A stretch of DNA of 64,000 nucleotides from Eledone cirrhosa (lineage: Eukaryota): positions 99,448,001 through 99,512,000 of the forward strand of contig OZ024744.1 in assembly GCA_964016885.1 (NCBI GenBank). Direction: 5' to 3'. The position numbers and the translations under genes are program-made. The notes under the pieces were generated by a model. The model did not search any database, was not told the origin of the DNA, and saw only the letters and a list, made by a program, of their open reading frames with translations. Every line of letters starts with the position of its first letter. The stretch's first letter is position 1. Below are positions 31,085-44,808 of the stretch, in pieces.

Positions 31085-33218
31085 TATTAGATGCATTTGA
31101 GCAGGACCTTATGAACTTAATCCTTAAAATTAAATTCAAAGGACGCAACACCAACAGCAAATTACAAAAAGATATAAAAAAAACTACTGGACGACCTTAA
31201 AAACACCAAAGGAATTGTAGTAAAAGCGGACAAAACATCAAACCTGTACACTATGGATTGCACTACATACAACAACTTCATTCGAAAAGAATTACATAAA
31301 AAATATAGAAAAACGAGTGAAGTAACCCTTAAGCACATCAATGATGAGGCATGCGAAATAGTGAAAAATCTCGGAATCGAAGATAGGACAGGACCACTCT
31401 TACCGGCGGTACCCACCTTCAATCTTAAGGACCACAAGGTAAACTTTGATAATGACCCTAAAATTAGATTAATCTGCCCCTCTAAATCAGATATAGGTAA
31501 AATAAGCAAATATATCTTAGATAGAATCATCCCCCAAATTAAGGCTAAGGTTAACATTAAACTCTGGGGGAAGACCCAAGAAGCAATAAGATGGTTTAAT
31601 AGCATTAGCAATAAGAATAAATCTAAGTTTATCCAGTTTGATATCGATGAATATTACTCATCGATATCACCTGAAACTTTGAATAGAGCCATTAAGTTTG
31701 CTAAGGATAACTCTGACCTTACAAACGATGAAATTAAGATTATATTAGAAGCTAGGAAAACTATAGTCAAATTTGAGAACAGTTATTGGGTACGTAAAGA
31801 TAGACCCTCTAACTTTGACATAACAATGGGCTCTAACGATTCGGCGGAAATAACTGATATTGTGGGGTTATTTATCGCCTTTAGACTCCAGGAAAAATTC
31901 AGCAATCTCCACGGCGGAATATACCGCGACGATGTTCTCCTCCTAGCTAAAAACCTTAATAACCAAAAACTAGAAAAACTACGCAAAGATATAAGAAAAC
32001 TACTACTCGAAATAGGACTAACTATAACATATGAATACAACCTTAAAGTAGTTAACTTCCTGGATGTCACACTCAATTTAAACTCTGGTTTGATTAAACC
32101 GTTTCATAAATTGAATGAAAATCTCAAATACGTAAATGTTGGGTCTAACCACCCCATCTCTATAATTAAATCTATCCCTAAAAATATTTCCCTTAGAATC
32201 TCGAGTCTATCTTCTAACATACAAGTATTTAAGGAACACGCCGAGTACTACGATAACGCCCTTAGTAAAGCAGGCTACCTCAACAAAATAGAGTACATAG
32301 ATGGGAACAATCAAAACACCCAAAATAAATCCCACATAGGTAGATATAATAACACAACACCAAACCACACTTACTACCATAGTATGCACACCAGTAAACC
32401 AACAAACAAAACTAATAGAAAGCGATGCAAAGAGTACTTATGGTATAACCCCGAATACAATAGCTCCATTAGTACAAATTTACCAGTACTCTTCTTTAAA
32501 ATAATTAAAAGACATTTTCCCACATCACACAAATACCACAAAATCCTAAACCCTACCACTATAAGACTGTCATACTCTACAGCGTTAAACCTTGAACAAC
32601 ACATAAAAAAGATCAATACTAGAAGGTTAAACGAAAACACTAAGAACTTAAGTACAAAGAACACAAAAAAAACAGTAGACAATACACTACAGAACATAAA
32701 TAAACCACACCTAAGTTCGTCCGCAATACTACTCCAGAGAAAACCCAACGTACACAACTGTAACTGCACCTATCCTGACAACTGCCCCCTCGGCAATAAC
32801 TGCCTGGAAAAAAAATATTATTTATAAGTGTACCATTAAATCCGGAGGCAACGAGTGGTATTACGTGGGATCAACGGCAACATCGTTTAAATCTCGATTG
32901 TATAGGCATTCTTACTCAATAAAACACCAGAGCCAAAGAAATGTAACAACTTTAGCAGAAAAAGCTTGGACGCTCAGGGATAGCGACCAAAAGTTTACCC
33001 TAAAATGGAAAAAATTAGCTAAAACCCAAAGCTTTTCCAGGAGCCAAAATTTCTGCAAATTGTGTAATCTTGAGATTTATTACATAATCACACACAAGAA
33101 GAAACTGCTGAATAACAGAATTGAACGAACATTATTCTGCCGTCACAGAACTAAAACCCTTTTTTTCCCACTACAAGCCGAATATTACATAAAAGAGGGA
33201 CATCCCCCAACTATATAA
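31085..33218 (+). pseudogene. Penelope-like RT/GIY-YIG ORF broken by two frameshifts in A-runs (~31176-31183 and ~32807-32814)
   Basis: KADKTSNLY, KIRLICP, FDIDEYY, ITMGS, IYRDD, VNFLDVTL, SNHP, WYNP; linker CNC..CPLGNNCL; IIY...YVGST..FKSRLYRH; CKLCNLE..I, C-terminal CRH. Confidence 0.92.
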
Positions 33219-33302
33219 ACCTTAATCTAGTTAGAAAAATATAAAAACAATCTCTTCTCAACATATATTAATAACCTTAAATTACCATACTAATAATGAA
33301 AA

Positions 33303-33363
33303 GATATGCTGATGAGAATAGGTACAAATATGCGATAATGAATGTGTCTAAAAACGTCCATAA

Positions 33364-33365
<2 letters not shown>
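33303..33365 (+). ncRNA. Degenerate minimal type I hammerhead ribozyme motif
   Basis: tatg-CTGATGA-gaa-taggtac/gtgtcta stem-(a)AAAC-GTC-cata; helix I tatg/cata; the core G of GAAA is missing. Confidence 0.45.
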
Positions 33366-33880
<515 letters not shown>

Positions 33881-34174
33881 TGCGTGGGTGAAAGGATACG
33901 TACACTTGAAAGAAAAATTTAAGTCTGAATGTTAATTAAGTGCAAACACAAAACCAACCACGCATATCTTTACTATCTCTAATCCTTCTATAGATTTAGA
34001 AAAATAACCAATAATATATTCTATAAAAAATGTCAAAACAACAGATGGGAATCTAATTACTCACTGCCACCAAGAATTCTCACTGCTATCGAAAAACCAC
34101 TCCTTCAACTATTCTTCTAACAACTTCACCCCTCCCTCCTAATATTCTCTATAAAAACTAAATAGGTCCTCAGT

Positions 34175-34298
34175 AATATTATTCTGATGAAATGACAGTA
34201 AATAATAACATTGAAATATTGAATGTCTGCATAACTAAAAGTTTGTAGATAGCTGTTTTAGGTTATGTAACTGTTATAGAAACACGTGTCAATAAATT
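34175..34298 (+). ncRNA. Type I hammerhead ribozyme motif with long helix II loop, in the Penelope 3' region
   Basis: ttatt-CTGATGA(34184)-a-atgacagt...actgttat-a-GAAACACGTGTC(34279-34290)-aataa; helix I ttatt/aataa; palindromic helix III acacgtgt; GUC site. Confidence 0.6.
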
Positions 34299-34469
34299 CC
34301 TTTCAACTAAACTGTATCCATTCAAATCTTTCTATTTTTCTCCGGATTACTTTTGGAACTACAACTGGAACCGTCGAGCAAACTCTACGTGAGCTGATAA
34401 TCTACTGTGTGTAATATTTATATTACAACACAACGGAAAATACTGTATATATATATATATATATATATA

Positions 34470-35228
34470 TATCATCGTTTAACGTCCATCTTCCACGCTT
34501 GCATGGGTTTGGACGTGAATTTTCCCACTTGAAGCAAGATTGGTTGTCCTGCTCGTATAGGACTGTCTGGCGGGTTTTCTACGGCTGGATGCCCTTCCTA
34601 ACACCAACCACATTTACAGTGTGGGACTGGGAGGTTTTTACCGTGTTACCTACATGGCCACATTACAGCGTGGATTGTGTGTTTTTTTTTCGTGACACCT
34701 ATACGCCCTCATTTGTTTCGGACTGGATGCTGTGGTACCAACATAACTTTACATTGGAATGGGTGGTGTGGATGGGGTGGGGGTAGTGGGGCCGGGAGTA
34801 TTTTTGTTAGAGGTGCCTACTGACTGTAGGTTTCGCTTTGTACTTAGGCAAGGCGGGTCTTCTGTATTACTGTGTATCGCCAACGATCTCGGTCCAGTGA
34901 CATTGTCTTGGAGAGGTGTAAGTGTGTGAGGTCGGAGTTTATCAAGTCGTCCCAGGTTTTTCTGGGTCTGCCTACTCCGTGGCTACCGTCTTTTTTTATT
35001 GCCCTGCACTTTTTTATACAGCTGTCGTCTTCCATGCGCATCACGTGACCATACCAACGTAGTCTTCTCTCGAGTAAACAGCATCTGATCCCTCTTATTC
35101 CTAATTTCTCCCTTAGTTCGTTTATACTTTGCCGTTCACGTATATTACTATTACACATCCACCGGAGCATGCAAGTTTCGTTCCTCTCCAGTCTGCGTAG
35201 ATCCTCTGCACACAATGCCCAGGTCTCG
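34470..35228 (-). mobile_element. 5'-truncated RTE LINE, same family as 27525-28840
   Basis: ORF 34844-35215 ([27 protein letters not shown]) and 3' tail atcatcgtttaacgtccatcttccacgc. Confidence 0.92.
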
Positions 35229-35256
35229 TGTGCAGAGGATATATATATATATGTGC

Positions 35257-35301
<45 letters not shown>

Positions 35302-35302
35302 C

Positions 35303-35372
<70 letters not shown>

Positions 35373-35467
35373 GTGTTAAACGATATTCAATGATTATGTC
35401 AAAAGAATGAGTTTTACAGTAGATTGGAAGCACTCAACGAAAAAAATAATTTTCTGGAGTTATTAAA

Positions 35468-35676
35468 ATTAAAATATAAGTATTAATAAAATAGAATTCT
35501 TTTGATCAATTACATTTTATTATACATATTTCGGATGTACAACAGTACGTCCTCATCAGACAAAATATAATGATACATGACATATTTTGTCTGATGAGGA
35601 CGTACTGTTGTACATCCAAAATATGTATAATAAAATGTAATTGATCAAAAGAACATCTATTTTATTAATACTTATA

Positions 35677-35683
<7 letters not shown>
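35468..35683. repeat. Foldback (inverted repeat) 1: ~101-bp arms, 13-bp spacer, each arm carrying a hammerhead motif
   Basis: 35468-35568 is the near-perfect reverse complement of 35582-35683; lies between (TA)n tracts at 35240-35368 and 35682-35751. Confidence 0.93.
35514..35567 (-). ncRNA. Minimal type I hammerhead ribozyme with intact core
   Basis: Minus strand reads attttgt-CTGATGA-ggacgtac-tgtt-gtacatcc-GAAA-tatgta-TA-ataaaat: 7-bp helix I, 8-position helix II with one mismatch, minimal near-palindromic helix III. Confidence 0.72.
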
Positions 35684-35755
<72 letters not shown>

Positions 35756-35834
35756 AGTTTTATTTAAAATTGTTGGGTTACAACGAGTAAATATTTTATA
35801 ACTGATATAAAGCACTCAACAAGTTTTGGAGTAG

Positions 35835-36213
35835 ATATACGATATTAAACAAATGGAAACTATATTTACAAAACCATACCTACTTCATCATACACACTTC
35901 AGGGACACCATACCTAAAATATGGAATGCCTTCCTCAGACAAAATACAATATACAAGCAGTTCCACAAATAAATTTGACGTACCATAAATATTGTTCAAC
36001 TTCCATTTAAAAAAAGTATATAAGTATACCAAAACCAACTTTTTTAAATGGAAGTTGAACAATATTTATGGTACGTCAAATTTATTTGTGGAACTGCTTG
36101 TATATTGTATTTTGTCTGAGGAAGGCATGCCATATTTTTGGTATGGTGTCCCTGAAGTGTGTATGATGAAGTAGGTATGGTTTTGTAAATATAGTTTCCA
36201 TTTGTTTAATATC

Positions 36214-36219
<6 letters not shown>
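35835..36219. repeat. Foldback (inverted repeat) 2: ~183-bp arms, ~20-bp spacer, with a degenerate hammerhead motif in each arm
   Basis: 35835-36017 is the near-perfect reverse complement of 36038-36219, which explains the mirror-image 60-aa ORFs; attttgt-CTGAGGA(36116)-aggcatgccata/tatggtgtccct-GAAG. Confidence 0.92.
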
Positions 36220-36249
<30 letters not shown>

Positions 36250-36526
36250 AAACTAATGGAGCAAAGGACTCGCGTATAATCCTGTAGTTAAATGAGCTCA
36301 AAGGAAATAGTTTTCCTGGGCACTTTAAAATACAATATATAGAGGGGAAAGACACAGAAGAGTGTGTTTTTCATTACAGGAAATTCGAACCACCAGCGTG
36401 AAGAGAATATAAGCTACTAGAGGCATTGGTGAAACATTAAAATTAAAAGTATAAATTGAAATGAAAAACCATCCTCGCCTAAATCACACTCACCGGGAGC
36501 ATGTTTTGCCATTTTAGTGGGTTCCA

Positions 36527-36638
<112 letters not shown>

Positions 36639-36837
36639 TTAAAAAAGAAGGAAAAGTATACCAAATCATAATATTATAAAATTCAATCTAATTGTTTAGA
36701 ACTACAAGTGAAGTCATTATAAGTGTGTGTGTACGTATATATATATGTGTGTGAGTGTGTGTGTGTGTGTGCGTATATATATGTGTGTGTATGTGTGTAT
36801 ATATATATACTCTTTTACCTGTTCAGTGAGTGTGTCA

Positions 36838-37620
36838 CCATCCTCATCATCATCATCATCATCACCGTTTTACGTCCGTTCTTCCACGCTAGCATGGGTT
36901 AGACGGGTTGACCTGTTGTGGGCAGTGTCCGATCGGCTGACCTGTTGTGGGCAGTGTCCGGTCTGCTGACCTGTTGTGGGCAGTGTCCGGTCTGCTGACC
37001 TGTTGTGGGCAGTGTCCGGTCTGCTGACCTGTTGTGGGCAGTGTCCGGTCTGCTGACCTGTTGTGGGCAGTGTCCGGTCTGCTGACCTGTTGTGGGCAGT
37101 GTCCGGTCTGCTGACCTGTTGTGGGCAGTGTCCGGTCTGCTGACCTGTTGTGGGCAGTGTCCGATCGGCTGACCTGTTGTGGGCAGTGTCCGGTCTGCTG
37201 ACCTGTTGTGGGCAGTGTCCGGTCTGCTGACCTGTTGTGGGCAGTGTCCGGTCTGCTGACCTGTTGTGGGCAGTGTCCGGTCTGCTGACCTGTTGTGGGC
37301 AGTGTCCGGTCGGCTGACCTTGTCTTGCTCATACTGGAACTGATTCTGGCTTGATTTCTACAGCTGGATGCCCTTCCTAACACCAACCTCATTTACAGTG
37401 AGTGCTGGGTGCTTTTTTTCCGTGGCGCCTACACGTCCACTTTGCAGTGGAATGATAGGGACCCCAGTCCCTATCATCTCATTTCTACAGCTGAGTAAAC
37501 TGGAGCAATGTGAAATAAAGTGTCTTGCTCAAGGAAACAACACATCATCCGGTCTGAGAATTGAACTCACAACCTTTCAATTGCAAGCCCAATGCTCTAA
37601 CCACTAAGCCATGTGCCTCC
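36838..37620 (-). mobile_element. Composite SINE: tRNA-like head, CORE-like segment and RTE-derived 3' tail
   Basis: Head at 37490-37620 (reverse complement of A/B boxes and cttgagcaagacacttt); tail shares ctggatgcccttcctaacacc and cgtccgttcttccacgctagcatggg+(TCA)n with the RTE 3' UTR; sister copy 42128-42467. Confidence 0.85.
36907..37320. repeat. 29-bp tandem array (~14 copies) inside the SINE tail
   Basis: Unit gctgacctgttgtgggcagtgtccggtct, period 29 (36936, 36965...). Confidence 0.96.
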
Positions 37621-37765
37621 ATATATATGTGTGTGTGTGTGTGCTATGCTGTCTTATAGTCATTTTCTCATTATTCACAAACACAACTACTATGAACTAA
37701 CGTTAACTTTTACTGTTCTGTGTCTATGAACATAATTTTAGATATATAATAGCAGATTATATCTG

Positions 37766-37870
37766 CTAGTAGAATTGTCCGTGCGAAAAGCAAGGTTCAT
37801 CCAAGGGAATTCCAGCGACGGACAGAGTTTGACCTTGCGACTTGTTTATGGACATCGCAAAGCAACACGA
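37766..37870 (-). mobile_element. Helitron RepHel fragment (Pif1-like helicase C-terminal motifs)
   Basis: Translates as CFAMSINKSQGQTLSVAGIPLDEPCFSHGQFY, matching the Helitron FAMTINKSQGQ...FSHGQLY motif. Confidence 0.88.
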
Positions 37871-38178
37871 AGGGGAAATTGGGTTCGGCGAAAGAAAAAA
37901 TAATTTTGCTATCGATTTTTTATTGCTCAACGTGGGTCGATTTGAAAAGTGTTTGTGATGTGACCATCTTAGCAACAGGTGCAACGTGCACAGAAAATTT
38001 GGTCAAATTCGGTTGGGAATTATAAAAGCCTTAGCTGTCCAAAGTTGTCCACAGACACACACACATCTTTGCTTTTATATATATAGAAGCTATTGAAAAC
38101 CATCTCACTCCATTTATGTCACAACACACAAATCTCTTTTTTTTTTCCTACAAAATCACAGGATTACCAACCTATTAA

Positions 38179-38408
38179 CCCTTTAATGTTCAAACCGACC
38201 AAAACCGGCCAGAATTCTCTACCTTTTTCTGTTGAAACTGGTTGTAACTGGTCACTCAAACTGATGTTAAGGTATTGTTCTCAAAATAAATACTTTCAAA
38301 ATCTCATAGATTTGATATTATGTGAGATAATGGTAAAGCCTTTACCATGGTAAAGCCTTTACCATGAAAATATAATAGTACATATAGAGTAATGCGAATG
38401 ATAAAGGG
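38179..38408 (+). mobile_element. piggyBac-type (TTAA) MITE, family copy 2
   Basis: ttaa-cccttta...taaaggg-ttaa with intact TTAA on both sides. Confidence 0.82.
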
Positions 38409-38485
38409 TTAAATATATGTTTATGAAAAAATTACAACTATTAACTATTTATCACACTTCTATGAGATAAATGAAGGGAGAGTGA

Positions 38486-38690
38486 AGGCACATGGCTGAG
38501 TGGTTAGAGAATTGGATTCACAATCGTGTAGTTGTGAGTTCGATTCCCGGACTGGGTGATGTGTTGTGTTCTTGAGCAAGACACTTTATCTCACATTGTT
38601 CCTTCTGCTAGGAGTTGCAGCTGGTAGATAGTATCAGCAATGGAAAGACCAATGGAAACATTGTTTCCTTGATCTGATTTGACGAGATCC
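38486..38690 (+). mobile_element. tRNA-derived CORE-like SINE
   Basis: Near-identical to 28841-29045. Confidence 0.8.
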
Positions 38691-38917
38691 ACCTCACTCA
38701 GCAAGCGAATGAGGTCTGGGATCATGTCAACCAGAGCGATGAGATAAATAAATACGATGTTCATAGGCTGACTATGAAGTAGTGGTGCTAGGGCTGTGAA
38801 ATCTTGCAAGCATTAATTTCCACTCTTATTAATAACTGCACTGTTTCTTTCCAGAAACTATGTTGAAAAACATGAGAGTATCTTGGTCAGCCTATGAACT
38901 TTTCAGCTGACCATCAT

Positions 38918-40515
<1,598 letters not shown>

Positions 40516-40786
40516 TATATATATATATATACACAGATAAATCTACCAATCAATGGTAGAGTCTATGAAGTACTCAATGTAATCCGTATGTAGAAGATGT
40601 CGTGAAGCAAAGTTTAAAATACAAAATTTTCAACGATATAATTCATTGGATACAGAGTCAATATATTTTATATATATCAATAATTGAATGGACATACGGG
40701 GAACTACCCCCCAGAAACGATCGTAAAATAATGAGTTTTACTATGAATTAACCGTTTTTTGTTTAATTTCATTGTTTTAATATATA

Positions 40787-41340
40787 TCATCATCATCATC
40801 ACCGTTTAACGTCCGTTCTTCCATGCTAGCATGGGTTAGACGGGGTGTCCTGGTCGGCTGACCATGTCTTGCTCATACAGGAACTGATTCTGGCTTGATT
40901 TCTACAGCTGGATGCCCTTCCTAACATCAACCTCATTTACAGTGAGTGCTGGGTGCTTTTCTCCGTGGCGCCTACACGTCCACTTTACAGTGTGGGCTGG
41001 GTGCTTTTTTGCCGTGGCACCTCCACGACCACCTTGCGGTGGGAGGGTGTGGGGGCATATTGTCTATATGCTACAGCTTGTACCCATGGGAGGTCGGGTA
41101 CTCTGTATTACTGCGTGACGCCAGAGGTCACGGTCGTGTGTCAGTATTACTGCGTGGCGCCAGAGGTCACGGTCGTGTGTCAGTATTACTGAGTGACGCC
41201 AGAGGTCACGGTCGTGTGTCAGTATTACTGCGTGACGCCAGAAGTCACGGTCGTGTGTCAGTATTACTGCGTGACGCCAGAGATCACGGTTGTGTGTCAG
41301 TATTACTGCGTGACGCCAGAAGTCACGGTCATGTGTCAAT
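40787..41340 (-). mobile_element. RTE-family 3' end (tail, UTR and last codons)
   Basis: (CAT)n-cgtttaacgtccgttcttccatgctagcatggg; minus-strand peptide LTHDRDLWRHAVIQSTRP resembles the RTE C-terminus [18 protein letters not shown]. Confidence 0.8.
41105..41338. repeat. 39-bp tandem array (6 copies) derived from the RTE ORF C-terminus
   Basis: Unit gtattactgcgtgacgccagaggtcacggtcgtgtgtca. Confidence 0.93.
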
Positions 41341-41581
41341 ATATATATATATATATATATTATCATCATCATCATTGCTTCTGGACCTGCTGGAAGGAGT
41401 GTTTGAGTACTCTGCTCCCATGACACTCTCAGGAATAAGTGGGCAAAGAAGAAGATTACTATTCGAGCAGGGAAAGCAGATGCTAAACCATGGTGATGTC
41501 CTTCATTACTATATTATTTTTAATTACATTTTATTACATCTTTATTACATTTAAAATTGTTCTTATTTAATTAAAATATAC

Positions 41582-41833
41582 GGTGGTGGTGGTGGTGGTC
41601 GTCATCGTGATGATTATGGTGATGGTGATGATGGTGATGATGACAATGATGGTGATGATGATGATGACGATGACGAAGATGTTGATGATGATGATGATGA
41701 TGACGATGACGATGACGAAGATGATGATGCTGATGATGGTGGTGGTGGTTGTGGTGGTGATGGTGATGATGGTGATGATGGTGGTGATGTTGGTGATGAT
41801 GATGATGGTGGTGGTGATGGTGACGACGACAAC

Positions 41834-41868
<35 letters not shown>

Positions 41869-42090
41869 CGACGACAACGATGATGATGATGACAACGATG
41901 ATGATGGTGATGATGATGGTGATGGTGATGGTGATGGTGATGGTGATGATGGTGGTGGTGATGATGATGGTGATGGTGGTGGTGATGATGGTGGTGGTGA
42001 TGATGATGATGGTGGTGATGATGGTGATGATGGTGATGATGGTGACGCTGATGATGGTGACAACGATGATGATGGTGATGATGATGATGA
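41582..42090. repeat. (GAT/GGT/GAC)n compound trinucleotide tract
   Basis: Direct reading. Confidence 0.97.
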
Positions 42091-42127
42091 TATACATGTG
42101 TTTAGGTATTAGATATACATTTGCCAC

Positions 42128-42467
42128 TCATCATCATCATCATCATTTTAAGTTCGCTTTTCCCTGCTTGCAAGGGTAGAACGGGAACTGATTCTGGCTG
42201 GATTTCTACAGCTGGATGCCCTTCCTAACACCAACCTCATTTACAGTGAGTGCTGGGTGCTTTTTTGCCGTGGCACCTCCACAACCACTTTGCAGTGGAA
42301 TGATAGGGACCCCAGTCCCTATCATCTCATTTCTACAGCTGAGTAAACTGGAGCAATGTGAAATAAAGTGTCTTGCTCAAGGAAACAACACATCACCCGG
42401 TCTGAGAATTGAACTCACAACCTTTCGATTGCAAGACCAATGCTCTAACCACTAAGCCATGTGCCTC
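42128..42467 (-). mobile_element. Composite tRNA/CORE SINE with RTE tail
   Basis: 42185-42467 near-identical to 37337-37620. Confidence 0.85.
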
Positions 42468-42654
42468 GACTCCGTCTATTAAAGTAGACTTGTGTTATTT
42501 CTTATAATCTTTCTTTCTTCTGTTTCCAACACAACTCAGAACTCTCTCTGACAATGGAATCAAGCTCTACACCCCCATCCCTTCTCATCTATTAGATTCC
42601 CTCATCTTCATTCCAGTTTGTTTGTTTGACTTCTTGGACTTCTTGGTACTATAA

Positions 42655-43505
42655 ATAATTGTTTCTACTTTTGGCACAAGGCCAGCAATTACTCTCAGTA
42701 CATTACTGGTACTTTATTTTGTTGACCCCCCCCCCCCCCCCCCCGTAAGGATGAAAGGCAAAGTTGACCTCGGCGGGATTTGAACTCAGAATGGAAAGGG
42801 CCGTAACTCTATGCCTCAAAGCATAGCGTCCGACCCTCTACCGATACTGCCAATCCACCGCCCCTTGTCTTTGGTAAATAATTGTTTCTACTTTTTTGGC
42901 ACAAGGCCAGCAAATTACCCAGTACATTACTGGTACTTTATTTTATCGACCCTGTAAGGATAAAAGGCAAAGCTGACCTCGGCAGGATTTGAACTCAGAC
43001 TGTAAAGGGCCGTAACTCTATGCGTCAAAGCATGGCGTCCGACCTGCTACCGATACTGCCAATCCACCTATAAATAATAATTTCTAGTATAGGCATAAGG
43101 CCAGTAATTTGTGGGGAGGAGGGGAAAGTCGATTAAATTGACCCCAGTACATTACTGGTACTTCATTTTATCGACCCCCGTAAGGATGAAAGGCAAAGCT
43201 AACCTCGGTGGTGGGATTTGAACTCTATGCCACAAAGCATGTTGTCGGACGCTCTACTGATTATTGCCAATTGTCCACCACCCTAATGGTTTCTGATTTA
43301 GGCACAAGGCCATCAATTTTGCGGAGGAGGGGTAAATCAATTAAATTGACCCCAATGCATTACTGGTACTTTATTTTATCGATCCTGTAAGGATGAAAGG
43401 CAAAGTTAACCTCGGTGGGATTTGAACTCAGAAGTTAAAGGGATGTAACTATATGCCACAAAGCATGGTGTCCGACCCTCTACCAATATTGTCAATCCAC
43501 TACCC
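42655..43505 (-). mobile_element. Head-to-tail cluster of ~4 Nin/Deu-like SINEs
   Basis: Repeated ctggtactttattttatcgacc..taaggatgaaaggcaaagttgacctcggcgggatttgaactc at ~42707, 42930, 43155, 43363. Confidence 0.85.
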
Positions 43506-44014
43506 TATTGGCACTATAAATAATCAAAAACAAAAAGGAACAGACCCTGTAACAGATTCTATAAACATTGCAGGCTTTCCCAAATTGGTGAGATTGATGT
43601 GGCTGGTGTTTAATTTGAACAGATGTAAATAAACGTGTTTAGAGGAACAGGAAACAAGGAGGGTGGTTTTTTTTTTTGGGGGGGGGGGGGGTAGTGGGAA
43701 AAAGTGGTCTTTATTTTTTTCTAAAGGCCTGGTGTGATTTGAGAGAAATGTGTCTATTATTTCTAACAGGTCAAGAGAAGGGGTAAATTAAGAGTCTTTT
43801 GCAAACATATGGCCTGAATGGAATGTACAATTTGTAATTATACAACTGAATAAAATGTGTCGTGGTAAATAGATATATAGATATACACCAAATCCAAACA
43901 CAGAGGAACCAAACTCCCACTGTCACTGCCTCCATCTCTCCTGCTCTCCCCCATCTCTCACTATTATGAGCAAATGGGGGCCCCACGTGCTGGCTGCCCT
44001 GGAGCCCTGGAGCC

Positions 44015-44190
44015 CTGGCGGACAGAATAGAGAAGGCGTTTCCCTGGAGGAATGTGAGGGAGATACGCTGGAAGAGCAGGTAGCCAACCCTGTACTGATG
44101 ATGGTGAGTAAGGAGGTAGTCCTAGGGCTAAGGACACCAGAAGTCTCCACTACTATGGGCTCGACTGCAAACCTGGGGTTTTTCATATAG
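44015..44190 (-). mobile_element. Fragment of a CRE-like non-LTR element (restriction-like endonuclease C-terminus)
   Basis: RFAVEPIVVETSGVLSP..SLL and, in another frame, LQGNAFSIL; resembles the F.PI..ET.G..G...RGNA pattern. Confidence 0.55.
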
Positions 44191-44630
44191 GTTGTGTGTA
44201 TGTGGTGTAAAGAGAACATATTTAGGGGGTAGTTAGGGAAGAGGTTTTCATGTAGATTGTGTGTAGGGGTGGGGGGGAGTAGAGAGGACATATTTAGGGG
44301 TAGTTGTGGAGGGGTTTTCTTGTTGGTTGTGTATATGTGGGGGTAGAGAGAACATATTTAGTGGGTAGTTGGGGGTGGCCATGTAGATTGTGTGTGTGTG
44401 TAGGGCAGAGAGAACATATTTAGTGGGTAGGGGGGGGTTAGAGAGGACAGATTTAGGGGGTAGTTGGAGGTGGGGTTACATGTAGGTTGTGTATATGTGG
44501 GGTAGGGAGCACATATTTAGGCGGTAGTTGGGGGGGGGGGGTCATGTAGATTGTATCTATGTCGGGTAGAGAGGACATTTAGGTGGTAGTTAATGGAGGG
44601 TGTATGTCGGGTAGAGGGGCTATATTTCAG
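44186..44630. repeat. Degenerate G-rich ~60-70-bp repeat
   Basis: Recurring agagaacatatttagggggtagtt and atgtagattgtgt. Confidence 0.7.
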
Positions 44631-44808
44631 CAGAGGTGAAACAGGGTTTGAAGATTGTTTTTTTCTTGGGGAAAGGGGAGAGGGTTAGTAGGAAGGAAGT
44701 ATTTTGGGTGTAGTGGGGTGCATGAAACAGAAGGTTTATAGATTATGTGTGTGTGAGGGTAGGGAGGAAGTATTTCGAGGAGTGGGTGAAACAGAAGGAT
44801 TGTAGATT

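Noticed and set aside
35880-36174. Two near-identical 60-aa ORFs on opposite strands
   Set aside because: Mirror images created by the palindrome, not genes
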